Assembly: GCF_016903815.1 (NCBI RefSeq)
Contig: NZ_CP069973.1
DNA from: Escherichia coli
Lineage (GTDB): Bacteria; Pseudomonadota; Gammaproteobacteria; Enterobacterales; Enterobacteriaceae
Direction: 5' to 3' (one strand)
Length of the DNA stretch: 64,000 nt
Below are positions 30,961 through 44,125 of this stretch, piece after piece; the stretch's first letter is position 1, and each line of letters starts with the position of its first letter. The position numbers and the translations under genes were made by a program. Below the pieces are notes generated by a model. That model had not been told where the DNA came from and searched no databases. It was given only the letters and a program-made list of their open reading frames with translations.

Positions 30961-31127
30961 ATACTTACTCCTCAAATCATCTTTTAATGATAATAATTCT
31001 CATTATATTGCCGTGACGAAGCAACAGCAATGCTTACGCATAACCATAGCGAAAATAGTGTCGCAGTGTAAGGTTGTTGTGAATATTGAGTTGCAAATAT
31101 GTCGGTGTTCGCTGGTGATTTGAACAA

Positions 31128-31158
31128 TATGAAGATAAAGCCCTCATGACGAGGGCTT
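31128..31158 (-). terminator. gal operon terminator after galM
   Basis: aaagccctc-atgac-gagggctt hairpin immediately after the galM stop. Confidence 0.65.
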
Positions 31159-31162
31159 AACA

Positions 31163-32203
31163 TTACTCAGCAATAAACTGATATTCCGTCAGGCTGGAAT
31201 ACTCTTCGCCAGGACGCAGGAAGCAGTCCGGTTGCGGCCATTCAGGGTGGTTCGGGCTGTCCGGCAGAAACTCGCTTTCCAGAGCCAGCCCATGCCAGTC
31301 GGCGTAAGGTTCGGTTCCCCGCGACGGTGTGCCGCCGAGGAAGTTGCCGGAGTAGAATTGCAGAGCCGGAGCGGTGGTGTAGACCTTCAGCTGCAATTTT
31401 TCATCTGCTGACCAGACATGCGCCGCCACTTTCTTGCCATCGCCTTTGGCCTGTAACAAGAATGCGTGATCGTAACCTTTCACTTTGCGCTGATCGTCGT
31501 CGGCAAGAAACTCACTGGCGATGATTTTGGCGCTGCGGAAATCAAAAGACGTTCCGGCGACAGATTTCAGGCCGTCGAGCGGAATGCCGCCTTCATCAAC
31601 CGGCAGATATTCGTCCGCCAGAATCTGCAACTTGTGATTGCGCACGTCAGACTGCTCGCCGTCAAGATTGAAATAGACGTGATTAGTCATATTCACCGGG
31701 CAAGGTTTATCAACTGTGGCGCGATAAGTAATGGAGATACGGTTATCGTCGGTCAGACGATATTGCACCGTCGCACCGAGATTACCCGGGAAGCCCTGAT
31801 CGCCATCATCTGAACTCAGGGCAAACAGTACCTGACGATCGTTCTGGTTCACAATCTGCCAGCGACGTTTGTCGAACCCTTCCGGGCCGCCGTGCAGCTG
31901 GTTAACGCCCTGACTTGGCGAAAGCGTCACGGTTTCACCGTCAAAGGTATAACGGCTATTGGCGATACGGTTGGCATAACGACCAATAGAGGCCCCCAGA
32001 AACGCGGCCTGATCCTGATAGCATTCCGGGCTGGCACAGCCGAGCAGCGCCTCGCGGACGCTGCCATCGGAAAGCGGAATACGGGCTGAAAGTAAAGTCG
32101 CACCCCAGTCCATCAGCGTGACTACCATCCCTGCGTTGTTACGCAAAGTTAACAGTCGGTACGGCTGACCATCGGGTGCCAGTGCGGGAGTTTCGTTCAG
32201 CAC
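31163..32203 (-). CDS. galM: Aldose 1-epimerase (galactose mutarotase)
   Basis: 346 aa. Confidence 0.97.
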
Positions 32204-33345
32204 TGTCCTGCTCCTTGTGATGGTTTACAAACGTAAAAAGTCTCTTTAATACCTGTTTTTGCTTCATATTGTTCAGCGACAGCTTGCTGTACGGCAGGCA
32301 CCAGCTCTTCCGGGATCAGCGCGACGATACAGCCGCCAAATCCGCCGCCGGTCATGCGTACGCCACCTTTGTCACCAATCACAGCTTTGACGATTTCTAC
32401 CAGAGTGTCAATTTGCGGCACGGTGATTTCGAAATCATCGCGCATAGAGGCATGAGACTCCGCCATCAACTCGCCCATACGTTTCAGGTCGCCTTGCTCC
32501 AGCGCGCTGGCAGCTTCAACGGTGCGGGCGTTTTCAGTCAGGATATGACGCACGCGTTTCGCCACGATTGGGTCCAGTTCATGCGCAACAGCGTTGAACT
32601 CTTCAATGGTGACATCGCGCAGGGCTGGCTGCTGGAAGAAACGCGCACCGGTTTCGCACTGTTCACGACGGGTGTTGTATTCGCTGCCAACCAGGGTACG
32701 TTTGAAGTTACTGTTGATGATGACGACAGCCACACCTTTGGGCATGGAAACTGCTTTGGTCCCCAGTGAGCGGCAGTCAATCAGCAAGGCATGATCTTTC
32801 TTGCCGAGTGCTGAAATTAGCTGATCCATGATCCCGCAGTTACAGCCAACAAACTGGTTTTCTGCTTCCTGACCGTTAAGCGCGATTTGTGCGCCGTCCA
32901 GCGGCAGATGATAAAGCTGCTGCAATACGGTTCCGACCGCGACTTCCAGTGAAGCGGAAGAACTTAACCCAGCACCCTGCGGCACATTGCCGCTGATCAC
33001 CATGTCCACACCGCCGAAGCTGTTGTTACGCAGTTGCAGATGTTTCACCACGCCACGAACGTAGTTCGCCCATTGATAGTTTTCATGCGCGACAATGGGC
33101 GCATCGAGGGAAAACTCGTCGAGCTGATTTTCATAATCGGCTGCCATCACGCGAACTTTACGGTCATCGCGTGGTGCACAACTGATCACGGTTTGATAAT
33201 CAATCGCGCAGGGCAGAACGAAACCGTCGTTGTAGTCGGTGTGTTCACCAATCAAATTCACGCGGCCAGGCGCCTGAATGGTGTGAGTGGCAGGGTAGCC
33301 AAATGCGTTGGCAAACAGAGATTGTGTTTTTTCTTTCAGACTCAT
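32197..33345 (-). CDS. galK: Galactokinase
   Basis: 382 aa GHMP kinase. Confidence 0.97.
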
Positions 33346-33348
33346 TTC

Positions 33349-34395
33349 TTACACTCCGGATTCGCGAAAATGGATATCGCTGACTGCGCGCAAACGCTCT
33401 GCTGCCTGTTCTGCGGTCAGGTCTCGCTGGGTCTCTGCCAGCATTTCATAACCAACCATAAATTTACGTACGGTGGCGGAGCGCAACAGAGGCGGATAAA
33501 AGTGCGCGTGCAGCTGCCAGTGTTGATTCTCTTCGCCATTAAACGGTGCGCCGTGCCAGCCCATAGAGTAGGGGAAGGAGCACTGGAAGAGGTTGTCATA
33601 ACGACTGGTCAGCTTTTTCAACGCCAGCGCCAAATCGCTGCGCTGGCCGTCGGTCAAATCGGTGATCCGCAAAACGTGGGCTTTGGGCAGTAGTAGCGTT
33701 TCGAACGGCCAGGCAGCCCAGTAAGGCACTACGGCTAACCAGTGTTCGGTTTCGACAACGGTACGGCTACCGTCTGCCAGCTCGCGCTGAACATAATCCA
33801 CCAGCATTGGTGATTTCTGTTCGGCAAAATATTCTTTTTGCAGGCGGTCTTCACGCTCAGCTTCGTTAGGCAGGAAGCTATTTGCCCAAATCTGTCCGTG
33901 CGGATGCGGGTTAGAGCAGCCCATCGCCGCACCTTTGTTTTCAAAGACCTGCACCCATGGGTATGTTTTCCCCAGTTCTGCGGTTTGCTCCTGCCAGGTT
34001 TTGACGATTTCCGTCAATGCCGCAACGCTCAGTTCTGGCAACGTTTTACTGTGATCCGGTGAAAAGCAGATCACCCGGCTGGTACCGCGCGCGCTCTGGC
34101 AACGCATCAGCGGATCTTTGCTTTCTGGCGCATCTGGCGTGTCAGACATCAAGGCCGCAAAGTCATTAGTGAAAACGTAAGTCCCGGTGTAATCGGGGTT
34201 TTTATCGCCTGTCACCCGCACATTACCTGCGCAGAGGAAGCAATCTGGATCATGCGCAGGTAACACCTGTTTGGCTGGCGTTTCCTGCGCCCCCTGCCAG
34301 GGGCGCTTAGCGCGGTGCGGTGAAACCAGAATCCATTGCCCGGTGAGCGGGTTGTAGCGGCGATGTGGATGATCAACGGGATTAAATTGCGTCAT
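33349..34395 (-). CDS. galT: Galactose-1-phosphate uridylyltransferase
   Basis: 348 aa, HIT-like HxHxQ motif. Confidence 0.97.
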   Translation of the reverse strand: MTQFNPVDHPHRRYNPLTGQWILVSPHRAKRPWQGAQETPAKQVLPAHDPDCFLCAGNVRVTGDKNPDYTGTYVFTNDFAALMSDTPDAPESKDPLMRCQSARGTSRVICFSPDHSKTLPELSVAALTEIVKTWQEQTAELGKTYPWVQVFENKGAAMGCSNPHPHGQIWANSFLPNEAEREDRLQKEYFAEQKSPMLVDYVQRELADGSRTVVETEHWLAVVPYWAAWPFETLLLPKAHVLRITDLTDGQRSDLALALKKLTSRYDNLFQCSFPYSMGWHGAPFNGEENQHWQLHAHFYPPLLRSATVRKFMVGYEMLAETQRDLTAEQAAERLRAVSDIHFRESGV

Positions 34396-34404
34396 GGTCG
34401 TTCC

Positions 34405-35421
34405 TTAATCGGGATATCCCTGTGGATGGCGTGACTGCCAGTGCCAGGTGTCCTGCGCCATTTCATCGAGTGTGCGCGTCACGCGCCAGTTCAGTTCACG
34501 GTCGGCTTTGCTGGCGTCCGCCCAGTAGGCCGGAAGGTCGCCCTCGCGACGCGGTGCAAAATGATAGTTAACCGGTTTGCCGCAGGCTTTGCTGAAGGCA
34601 TTAACCACGTCCAGCACGCTGCTGCCTACGCCAGCGCCGAGGTTGTAGATGTGTACGCCTGGCTTGTTCGCCAGTTTCTCCATCGCCACGACGTGACCGT
34701 CCGCCAGATCCATTACGTGGATGTAATCGCGTACGCCAGTACCGTCTTCGGTCGGATAATCGTTACCAAAAATCGCCAGCGAGTCGCGACGGCCTACAGC
34801 AACCTGGGCGATGTATGGCATCAGGTTATTCGGAATGCCTTGCGGATCTTCGCCCATATCGCCCGACGGATGTGCGCCAACCGGGTTGAAGTAGCGCAGC
34901 AGGGCAATGCTCCAGTCCGGCTGGGCTTTTTGCAGATCGGTGAGGATCTGTTCAACCATCAGTTTGCTTTTGCCGTAAGGGCTTTGCGGTGTGCCGGTCG
35001 GGAAGCTTTCAACGTATGGAATTTTGGGCTGATCGCCATAAACGGTGGCAGAGGAGCTAAAAATAAAGTTTTTGACGTTCGCGGCGCGCATGGCGCTAAT
35101 CAGGCGGAGAGTACCGTTGACATTGTTGTCGTAATATTCCAGCGGTTTTTGTACCGATTCGCCAACGGCTTTCAGCCCGGCGAAGTGGATCACGGTGTCG
35201 ATAGCGTGATCGTGCAGGATCTCGGTCATCAACGCTTCGTTACGAATATCGCCTTCAACAAACGTTGGATGTTTGCCGCCTAAACGCTCGATAACGGGCA
35301 GTACGCTGCGCTTACTGTTACAGAGGTTATCAAGAATGATGACATCATGACCGTTTTGCAGTAATTGCACACAGGTATGACTTCCAATGTAACCGCTACC
35401 ACCGGTAACCAGAACTCTCAT
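34405..35421 (-). CDS. galE: UDP-glucose 4-epimerase
   Basis: MRVLVTGGSGYIGSHTCVQLL...; ORF track extends 14 codons upstream (35463). Confidence 0.97.
   Translation of the reverse strand: MRVLVTGGSGYIGSHTCVQLLQNGHDVIILDNLCNSKRSVLPVIERLGGKHPTFVEGDIRNEALMTEILHDHAIDTVIHFAGLKAVGESVQKPLEYYDNNVNGTLRLISAMRAANVKNFIFSSSATVYGDQPKIPYVESFPTGTPQSPYGKSKLMVEQILTDLQKAQPDWSIALLRYFNPVGAHPSGDMGEDPQGIPNNLMPYIAQVAVGRRDSLAIFGNDYPTEDGTGVRDYIHVMDLADGHVVAMEKLANKPGVHIYNLGAGVGSSVLDVVNAFSKACGKPVNYHFAPRREGDLPAYWADASKADRELNWRVTRTLDEMAQDTWHWQSRHPQGYPD
35387..35402. promoter_or_regulatory. gal internal operator OI (GalR/GalS site) inside the galE 5' coding region
   Basis: atgtaaccgctaccac, reverse complement of GTGGTAGCGGTTACAT. 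Confidence 0.8.
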
Positions 35422-35499
35422 AATTCGCTCCATTAGGCTTATGGTATGAAATAACCATAGCATAACAAAGATGCGAAAAGTGTGACATGGAATAAATTA

Positions 35500-35515
35500 G
35501 TGGAATCGTTTACAC
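35500..35515. promoter_or_regulatory. gal external operator OE within the galP1/P2 promoter region
   Basis: gtggaatcgtttacac, reverse complement of GTGTAAACGATTCCAC, about 80 bp upstream of the galE start. Confidence 0.8.
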
Positions 35516-35683
35516 AAGAATTTAGCCGTTTTTTATGCGCGATTAAGTGATTATAAAACAGAGGGTTTATGAATGATTGCGCTTTTTATCTGAAAAAAAA
35601 GACGCGGTTTCATGCCTGGATGCGTCGAACCGTTGGCCGGAGAGGGCGCTTAGGCCGCCTCCGGCACGGTCAGCACTACCGAC

Positions 35684-37156
35684 TCAATTTATTTTTGTCA
35701 GCACATAGCGATAGAGTCCGCCGTCTGGCACGAACTCAAGACGATGGGTAATACAGGCAGGCGCATCTTCAGCGTGGTGCGAAACAAACAACAATTGCGT
35801 TTCACCTTCGCTAATCAGCACATCAACAAACCGGCGGATAAGCTGGCGATTGAGCGGATCAAGCCCCTGTAGTGGTTCATCGAGAATAAGCAACGTCGGA
35901 TGTTTCACCAGCGCGCGGACGATCAGCGCCAGGCGTTGTTGCCCCCAGGAAAGACTATGGAACGGAGCGTCAGCCGTGCGTTTATCAATGCCGAGAATAT
36001 CCAGCCACTGCTGCACCAGTTTTTGCTGGCGATCCGAAACGGCCTGATAAATGCCAATCGAATCAAAATAGCCAGAAAGAATCACATTACGCACAGTAGT
36101 ACTGACCCGGTAATCCAGATGCAAACTACTGCTGACGTAACCGATATGCTTTTTGATATCCCAGATGGTTTCGCCGCTGCCGCGACGTCGTCCGAAAAGC
36201 GTCAAATCGTTGCTGTAACCTTGCGGATGATCGCCAGTAATCAGGCTTAATAACGTCGATTTTCCCGCGCCATTTGGCCCGACAATTTGCCAGTGTTCAC
36301 CTGGATTCACCTGCCAGCTAAGGTTATTAAGAATGGGGCGATCATTATAAGAAACCACGCCGTTGTTCAGCACAATGCGCGGTTCGTTGGCGGGTAAGGC
36401 GTGACGTGCTGAAGGTTCATCCGGCTCCGGCAGTTGTACACCTTCAAGCTGTTCGCTATGCGCCAGTTGCGCAACGAGTGCTTGTTGGAGCAGTTCCTCT
36501 TTAGCGCCCGTTTCCGCTAACGTACAATCCGCCAGCACGCCAGCAAACTGGACAAATTCCGGGATCTCATCGAAGCGATTGAGCACCAGTACCAGAGTAA
36601 TACCGGACTGATGTAACGAGGCGAGTAGCTCAGCCAGCTGCTGACGTGAGGCAACATCCAGGCCATCGAACGGCTCATCAAGAATCAACAAGTCAGGCTC
36701 CGACATCAGCGCCTGACACAGCAGGGTTTTTCGCGTCTCGCCAGTGGAAAGGTATTTAAAGCGTCGGTCGAGGAGGGCGGTAATACCGAACTGCTGCGCC
36801 AGTTGCATGCAACGCGGAGTATCCTTTACTTCATCCTGAATGATCTCAGCCGTGGTACGCCCGGTGTCATCTTCGCCAGGACTAAGCATATCGGTGTTAT
36901 TCCGCTGCCATTCGTCGCTGACGAGCTTTTGCAATTGCTCGAAGGAGAGACGAGTGATGTGGGAAAACTGGCTTTGCCGTTCACCTTTCAAAAGCGGAAG
37001 TTCCCCCGCCAGCGCGCGGGCCAGGGCCGATTTCCCGCTTCCATTCGAACCGACAAACGCCCAACTATCACCCGCGTTTAACGTTAGCTGAGGCAATTGC
37101 AGCGTTTTTGTGTCGCTAAGACGAAATGTGCCTTGCAAAATTTGCAACGATGACAT
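35684..37156 (-). CDS. modF: ABC-type ATPase ModF (two nucleotide-binding domains)
   Basis: MSSLQILQGTFRLSD..., two Walker A motifs (GSNGSGKS, GPNGAGKS); start trimmed from ORF 37168. Confidence 0.95.
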   Translation of the reverse strand: MSSLQILQGTFRLSDTKTLQLPQLTLNAGDSWAFVGSNGSGKSALARALAGELPLLKGERQSQFSHITRLSFEQLQKLVSDEWQRNNTDMLSPGEDDTGRTTAEIIQDEVKDTPRCMQLAQQFGITALLDRRFKYLSTGETRKTLLCQALMSEPDLLILDEPFDGLDVASRQQLAELLASLHQSGITLVLVLNRFDEIPEFVQFAGVLADCTLAETGAKEELLQQALVAQLAHSEQLEGVQLPEPDEPSARHALPANEPRIVLNNGVVSYNDRPILNNLSWQVNPGEHWQIVGPNGAGKSTLLSLITGDHPQGYSNDLTLFGRRRGSGETIWDIKKHIGYVSSSLHLDYRVSTTVRNVILSGYFDSIGIYQAVSDRQQKLVQQWLDILGIDKRTADAPFHSLSWGQQRLALIVRALVKHPTLLILDEPLQGLDPLNRQLIRRFVDVLISEGETQLLFVSHHAEDAPACITHRLEFVPDGGLYRYVLTKIN

Positions 37157-37223
37157 TTTATATCCCATTTTGTGCAGCGATTACTGACAGGGATACGTGT
37201 TTCATAACAAATTGTCAACACGC

Positions 37224-38012
37224 TTAGCATAGCGTGGCGATAATCACGCTGTCGGCATTAAAGTAGGCCGTGACATTCTGTCCTTGCTGAAGAGAAGTCG
37301 CTTCATTTACCGGCACTGTGGCGCACAGTGTTTGCCCGTCGGGTAGCGCCATTAATACTTCGCACTGCTCTGCGCCGCGCTCAATATGACTAATAATACC
37401 CGGTAATTGGTTGTCGGCGTTTTGTGCGACCGCTTCGTCCTGAGTAATGCCTACCCACGGCGCTTTTAGTAATATCAACACTTCTTTGCCTTCATCCAGC
37501 CCCAGACGCGCGCCGCTTTGTGCGGTAATTGCGACTTTCAGGCGTGTTTTTCCGTCAGCCAGTAAGACATCAACATGCTGTTGAACGTCATCATGATCGC
37601 GGGCGGTGATGGTGCCAAACCATTGGTTACGGGCGCTGGTTTGCAGTGAAAAACGTGAGATCGCGGCCAGCAGGCTGTTCAGCGGCAGGGCGTCATCGTC
37701 ACTTAACACATCAAAGGCTTTTTGCTGGATTTGCGCCAGTAAGTCATAGAGCTGAATCAGTCGCTGACCATAGCGGGTCAGTACTGCGCCGCCGCCACCT
37801 TTACCGCCTGTTGCGCGCTCGACCAGAATATGCTCACTTAACTGATTCATCTCGTTAATGGCATCCCAGGCACTTTTATAGCTGATACCGGCATCTTTCG
37901 CTCCCTGGCTAATGGAACCGGAAAGCGCAATGTGTTTTAGTAGCGAAATGCGGCGCGGGTCGGCGAATAATTTTTGTTGGAGCTTAAGGGTGAGAAGGAT
38001 TTCGGCCTGCAT
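37224..38012 (-). CDS. modE: Molybdate-responsive transcriptional regulator ModE
   Basis: 262 aa, N-terminal HTH and tandem Mop domains. Confidence 0.95.
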   Translation of the reverse strand: MQAEILLTLKLQQKLFADPRRISLLKHIALSGSISQGAKDAGISYKSAWDAINEMNQLSEHILVERATGGKGGGGAVLTRYGQRLIQLYDLLAQIQQKAFDVLSDDDALPLNSLLAAISRFSLQTSARNQWFGTITARDHDDVQQHVDVLLADGKTRLKVAITAQSGARLGLDEGKEVLILLKAPWVGITQDEAVAQNADNQLPGIISHIERGAEQCEVLMALPDGQTLCATVPVNEATSLQQGQNVTAYFNADSVIIATLC

Positions 38013-38122
38013 AACAATGTCCTGGCAAAAGTCTTATTGTGACGGAAAACGAACGCCACGCAAAGCTGACCGCACAAAAGGGGAGTGCTTTTCTGTGCTT
38101 AGCGGTTAGAATAGTCTCATGA

Positions 38123-38290
<168 letters not shown>

Positions 38291-38412
38291 TTCCCTGAAT
38301 GCCCGCTTAGTCGGGCATTTCTTTTGCTCAACTTCCTGCTTTTCCTGCCGATATTTTTTCTCATCTACCTCACAAAGGTTAGCAATAACTGCTGGGAAAA
38401 TTCTGAGTTAGC

Positions 38413-38436
38413 CGTTATATTGACGCCTACATAACG
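38413..38436. promoter_or_regulatory. ModE operator in the modA promoter
   Basis: cgttatattgacgcctacataacg, matching the CGTTATATT-N-TATATAACG type ModE site, about 20 bp upstream of modA. Confidence 0.85.
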
Positions 38437-38455
38437 TTACATTAAGGGGTTACCA

Positions 38456-39229
38456 ATGGCTCGTAAATGGTTGAACTTGTTTGCCGGGGCGGCACTCTCT
38501 TTCGCTGTTGCTGGCAATGCACTGGCAGATGAAGGGAAAATCACGGTGTTCGCCGCCGCATCACTGACTAACGCAATGCAGAACATTGCTACGCAGTATA
38601 AAAAAGAGAAAGGCGTGGATGTGGTTTCTTCTTTCGCTTCGTCATCTACTTTGGCCCGTCAGATTGAAGCGGGTGCGCCTGCGGATCTGTTTATTTCTGC
38701 CGATCAGAAATGGATGGATTATGCGGTTGATAAAAAAGCGATCGATACAGCTACACGTCAGACACTGCTCGGCAATAGCCTGGTCGTTGTAGCACCGAAA
38801 GCCAGCGAGCAGAAAGATTTCACCATCGACAGCAAAACTAACTGGACTTCGCTGCTGAATGGCGGTCGCCTCGCGGTTGGCGATCCGGAACATGTCCCTG
38901 CTGGCATTTATGCAAAAGAAGCACTGCAAAAACTGGGCGCATGGGATACGCTCTCCCCGAAACTGGCTCCGGCGGAAGATGTTCGTGGCGCGCTGGCGTT
39001 GGTCGAACGCAATGAAGCGCCGCTGGGTATTGTTTACGGTTCTGACGCAGTTGCCAGCAAAGGGGTAAAAGTGGTTGCCACCTTCCCGGAAGATTCACAT
39101 AAAAAAGTGGAATATCCGGTTGCTGTTGTGGAAGGGCATAATAATGCGACAGTGATAGCATTTTATGATTATCTGAAGGGGCCGCAGGCTGCGGAAATCT
39201 TTAAACGTTACGGATTTACAACCAAGTAA
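38456..39229 (+). CDS. modA: Molybdate ABC transporter periplasmic binding protein
   Basis: 257 aa with signal peptide. Confidence 0.97.
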   Translation: MARKWLNLFAGAALSFAVAGNALADEGKITVFAAASLTNAMQNIATQYKKEKGVDVVSSFASSSTLARQIEAGAPADLFISADQKWMDYAVDKKAIDTATRQTLLGNSLVVVAPKASEQKDFTIDSKTNWTSLLNGGRLAVGDPEHVPAGIYAKEALQKLGAWDTLSPKLAPAEDVRGALALVERNEAPLGIVYGSDAVASKGVKVVATFPEDSHKKVEYPVAVVEGHNNATVIAFYDYLKGPQAAEIFKRYGFTTK

Positions 39230-39918
39230 TGATACTGACCGATCCAGAATGGCAGGCAGTTTTATTAAGCCTGAAAGTTTCTTCCCTGGCTGTGCTGTTT
39301 AGCCTGCCGTTTGGGATCTTTTTTGCCTGGTTACTGGTACGTTGCACGTTTCCGGGCAAAGCTCTGCTCGATAGCGTACTGCATCTACCGCTGGTGTTAC
39401 CGCCCGTGGTCGTCGGTTACTTATTATTAGTTTCGATGGGACGGCGCGGATTTATCGGTGAACGTCTGTATGACTGGTTTGGTCTTTCTTTCGCGTTTAG
39501 CTGGCGCGGTGCGGTTCTCGCTGCCGCTGTCATGTCTTTTCCGCTGATGGTGCGGGCGATTCGTCTGGCGCTGGAAGGTGTTGATATCAAACTGGAGCAG
39601 GCCGCAAGAACACTGGGGGCCGGGCGCTGGCGAGTTTTCTTTACTATCACGTTACCGCTGACCTTACCGGGCATTATTGTTGGTACGGTACTGGCTTTTG
39701 CTCGTTCTCTCGGTGAGTTTGGTGCAACCATCACCTTTGTGTCGAACATTCCTGGCGAAACGCGAACTATTCCCTCTGCCATGTATACCCTGATCCAGAC
39801 CCCCGGCGGGGAAAGTGGCGCGGCGAGACTGTGCATTATTTCTATTGCGCTGGCGATGATCTCCCTCTTGATTTCAGAATGGCTGGCCAGAATCAGCCGT
39901 GAACGGGCGGGGCGCTAA
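39229..39918 (+). CDS. modB: Molybdate ABC transporter permease
   Basis: 229 aa. Confidence 0.97.
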   Translation: MILTDPEWQAVLLSLKVSSLAVLFSLPFGIFFAWLLVRCTFPGKALLDSVLHLPLVLPPVVVGYLLLVSMGRRGFIGERLYDWFGLSFAFSWRGAVLAAAVMSFPLMVRAIRLALEGVDIKLEQAARTLGAGRWRVFFTITLPLTLPGIIVGTVLAFARSLGEFGATITFVSNIPGETRTIPSAMYTLIQTPGGESGAARLCIISIALAMISLLISEWLARISRERAGR

Positions 39919-39920
39919 TC

Positions 39921-40979
39921 ATGCTGGAACTGAATTTTTCCCAGACGTTGGGCAACCATTGCCTGACCATTAATGAAACGCTGCCCGCCAATGGCATCAC
40001 TGCTCTCTTTGGCGTCTCCGGTGCCGGAAAAACTTCGCTGATTAACGCCATCAGTGGACTGACGCGCCCGCAAAAAGGGCGGATTGTCCTCAATGGGCGG
40101 GTACTAAATGATGCCGAAAAAGGTATCTGCCTGACGCCGGAAAAGCGTCGCGTTGGCTATGTTTTTCAGGATGCGCGGCTGTTCCCGCATTACAAAGTGC
40201 GTGGCAATCTGCGCTACGGCATGTCGAAAAGTATGGTCGATCAGTTCGATAAGCTGGTGGCGCTTTTAGGCATTGAACCGTTGCTTGACCGTTTACCAGG
40301 CAGCCTGTCCGGAGGCGAAAAACAGCGCGTGGCGATTGGTCGGGCTTTGCTGACAGCACCGGAATTGCTGTTGCTGGATGAACCGCTGGCGTCACTGGAT
40401 ATTCCGCGTAAACGCGAACTGTTGCCTTATCTGCAACGGCTGACACGGGAAATCAACATTCCGATGTTGTATGTCAGCCATTCGCTGGATGAGATCCTCC
40501 ATCTGGCAGACAGAGTGATGGTACTGGAAAACGGTCAGGTGAAAGCCTTTGGCGCGCTGGAGGAAGTGTGGGGCAGTAGCGTGATGAATCCGTGGCTGCC
40601 GAAAGAGCAACAAAGTAGCATTCTGAAAGTGACGGTGCTTGAGCATCATCCGCATTACGCGATGACCGCGCTGGCGCTGGGCGATCAGCATTTGTGGGTC
40701 AATAAGCTGGACGAACCGCTGCAAGCTGCGCTACGTATCCGCATTCAGGCTTCCGATGTTTCTCTGGTTTTACAACCGCCGCAGCAAACCAGCATTCGTA
40801 ACGTATTGCGGGCAAAAGTTGTTAATAGTTATGACGACAACGGCCAGGTGGAAGTGGAGCTGGAAGTCGGCGGTAAAACGCTGTGGGCGCGTATCAGCCC
40901 GTGGGCCAGGGATGAACTGGCGATCAAACCAGGCCTGTGGCTGTACGCGCAAATTAAAAGTGTGTCGATAACCGCCTGA
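39921..40979 (+). CDS. modC: Molybdate ABC transporter ATP-binding protein
   Basis: 352 aa, Walker [10 protein letters not shown] and C-terminal Mop domain. Confidence 0.97.
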   Translation: MLELNFSQTLGNHCLTINETLPANGITALFGVSGAGKTSLINAISGLTRPQKGRIVLNGRVLNDAEKGICLTPEKRRVGYVFQDARLFPHYKVRGNLRYGMSKSMVDQFDKLVALLGIEPLLDRLPGSLSGGEKQRVAIGRALLTAPELLLLDEPLASLDIPRKRELLPYLQRLTREINIPMLYVSHSLDEILHLADRVMVLENGQVKAFGALEEVWGSSVMNPWLPKEQQSSILKVTVLEHHPHYAMTALALGDQHLWVNKLDEPLQAALRIRIQASDVSLVLQPPQQTSIRNVLRAKVVNSYDDNGQVEVELEVGGKTLWARISPWARDELAIKPGLWLYAQIKSVSITA

Positions 40980-41798
40980 TTAAATCAGGTGGCTATAAAT
41001 GAACCGGGCAATGCTGTCGGTGGTGTTATCACCAATCACAATGTTGGCGCGCGCTTTTACCGCATCATCGGCGTTGCCCATCGCCACGCCTGTACCAGCG
41101 GCCTCCAGCATACTGATATCATTAAAGTTATCGCCGAAGGCCACGACGTTTTCCATCGACCAGCCTTGCGCCTCAACCCATTTCGTCAAACGTTTACCTT
41201 TGCTGTTGCCGCCGCGTGCAATATCAACCTGATCCTGCCAGGACCATTCACACTCAAGTCCCAGTTCATGTTCGACATGCTTACCAAAATGCTGCAATTG
41301 CGGCAGGTCATCGTGCGTCAGGGCGAACTTCCATACGGCGTTAACTTGTTGCGCCGTTTCAGCCAGAGAAGCGACTTGTGTGAAAGTCGGACGCTGTTCC
41401 GGCGGCAGGGTTTGCGCCCAGTTAGACGTGCGAATGACATGCCCGGTCGGGTGCTCATAGACCATCGCATCATCCACATACATCAGACCGTGAATGTGGT
41501 GTTCATTCAGCATCTCAATGAGTTGCAGGGCTTTATTAACGGGCATTGGGTCCGCTTCCAGCACTGTTTTTGCATGATAATCATACAAATAGGTGCCATT
41601 ACAGCAAATAGCAGGTGTATCCAGCGCCAGCGCCTGATAAAAAGGATGAATAGCGACGTGATGGCGACCTGTGACGATGATTAATTGATAGCCTGCTTCG
41701 CAAGCGCGGGCTAGGGCTTCTATCGATGATGGAAGCAAGGTCTTTTTCGGGGTCAATAAGGTGCCGTCTAAGTCGAGAGCAATCACGCGTGTGGTCAT
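40980..41798 (-). CDS. ybhA: HAD-family phosphatase YbhA (pyridoxal phosphate phosphatase)
   Basis: MTTRVIALDLDGTLL... DxD HAD motif; ORF track extends 34 codons upstream (41900). Confidence 0.93.
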   Translation of the reverse strand: MTTRVIALDLDGTLLTPKKTLLPSSIEALARACEAGYQLIIVTGRHHVAIHPFYQALALDTPAICCNGTYLYDYHAKTVLEADPMPVNKALQLIEMLNEHHIHGLMYVDDAMVYEHPTGHVIRTSNWAQTLPPEQRPTFTQVASLAETAQQVNAVWKFALTHDDLPQLQHFGKHVEHELGLECEWSWQDQVDIARGGNSKGKRLTKWVEAQGWSMENVVAFGDNFNDISMLEAAGTGVAMGNADDAVKARANIVIGDNTTDSIARFIYSHLI

Positions 41799-41916
41799 GG
41801 CGTATTCCAGATTAAGGTTAAGAATTTTCGTCTGCGCGAATGGTACACCGATACCACTATCGGACAAAATTCTGCGTTTTAATTCAGCATTCACCGCCAA
41901 AAGCGACTAATTTTAG

Positions 41917-42948
<1,032 letters not shown>

Positions 42949-42988
42949 CCGCTGATTTACCCGGCGCAGTCTCTTCTGCGCCGGTGTA

Positions 42989-43942
42989 TTAACCTATCTC
43001 CTGTAACGCATGTCTCTGGCGTTCGACGATATTGGTCCACAAATTGTCTTTATCGTCAGTCCACAAATTAATCAGCAAGGCAAAAAAGCGTTCAGCTGCC
43101 GGAGAAAGCACGGCATCTTTGCGGCGAATAATCCCCAATGTCCGACGTATAACCGGTTCCACCAGCGGGATACCAATAATCGAAGAGTAGGGCGCATGAG
43201 GCATTGCCAGGCCTGGAAGCGCCGAAATCCCTAGTCCTGCCTCCACCAGTCCTAATGACGTCGAAAGATGACGCACTTCGTAAAACCAGTCCAGCTTCCA
43301 GGGCTTGTCGGCTAGCTGTTGTTCTATCAACAGTCGGTTGCCGCTGGAGGAGCGTACGCCAATCATTTTGTAACCCACTAACTCCTGCCATTCTACAAGC
43401 TGCTTTTTGGCCAATGGATGGTCACGCCGACAGGCCAGCACGAACGGCTCGTTGACCAGGGGGGTAAAATCAATGGATGAATTTGTGACGTTGTTCATGT
43501 TTATGCCAAAGTCTGATTCGTTACACAGCACCGATTCCATGCAATTATTCGTGCCTTGTTCCAGAATCCGCACTTTAATATTGGGATACAGCTCATTAAA
43601 TTTACCGATTGCCAGCGGTAAAAAATAAAATACTGCGGTCGGAATACACGCTAATGTCACCATACCACGATGATAAGCATTCATATCACGAATATTAAAA
43701 AGCGTTTCATCGAATTTCTTTATTAATTCCCGCGCCTCCGGGAGCAACCTTTTTCCTGCTTTTGTTAACGTAACCTTGCGAGTTGTACGCTCAAATAGTT
43801 GAATATGTAAATCTTCCTCCATCTTTTTTATTCTTCGCGTTAATGCAGGTTGCGTAATATTGAGTAATTTAGCGGCATTGTTAAATGAACTGGACTCTGC
43901 CAGTATGACAAATGCCTTCATACTTGATAATTCATGCTTCAT
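42989..43942 (-). CDS. ybhD: LysR-type transcriptional regulator YbhD
   Basis: HTH at MKHELSSMKAFVILAESSSFNNAAKLLNITQPALTRRIKKME; ORF track extends 21 codons upstream (44005). Confidence 0.9.
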   Translation of the reverse strand: MKHELSSMKAFVILAESSSFNNAAKLLNITQPALTRRIKKMEEDLHIQLFERTTRKVTLTKAGKRLLPEARELIKKFDETLFNIRDMNAYHRGMVTLACIPTAVFYFLPLAIGKFNELYPNIKVRILEQGTNNCMESVLCNESDFGINMNNVTNSSIDFTPLVNEPFVLACRRDHPLAKKQLVEWQELVGYKMIGVRSSSGNRLLIEQQLADKPWKLDWFYEVRHLSTSLGLVEAGLGISALPGLAMPHAPYSSIIGIPLVEPVIRRTLGIIRRKDAVLSPAAERFFALLINLWTDDKDNLWTNIVERQRHALQEIG

Positions 43943-44125
43943 TATTACTCCGGAAAATGGAAGCGTCGATTTTGGGTGGCTGGCCGTTAAAAATTTTAAC
44001 TGCATTTAGCCAACTTAAATTAATGAAAAAATGTTATTAATCGTTGAGCTAAAGTCATTAGAGATGCTTTGCCCTTAATGTAACCATATCGCAATAAGTT
44101 ATGTTTTTAAATTGAGGGCATTATT

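Noticed and set aside
35422-35463. N-terminal extensions in the ORF track for galE and similarly for bioA, ybhA, ybhD, ybhK, moaA, ybhL, ybhJ, gpmA, modF, pal, bioC
   Set aside because: The extended starts run into known promoter, operator or riboswitch sequence and the conserved protein N-termini begin at internal Met (or GTG for bioD); trimmed to those starts.
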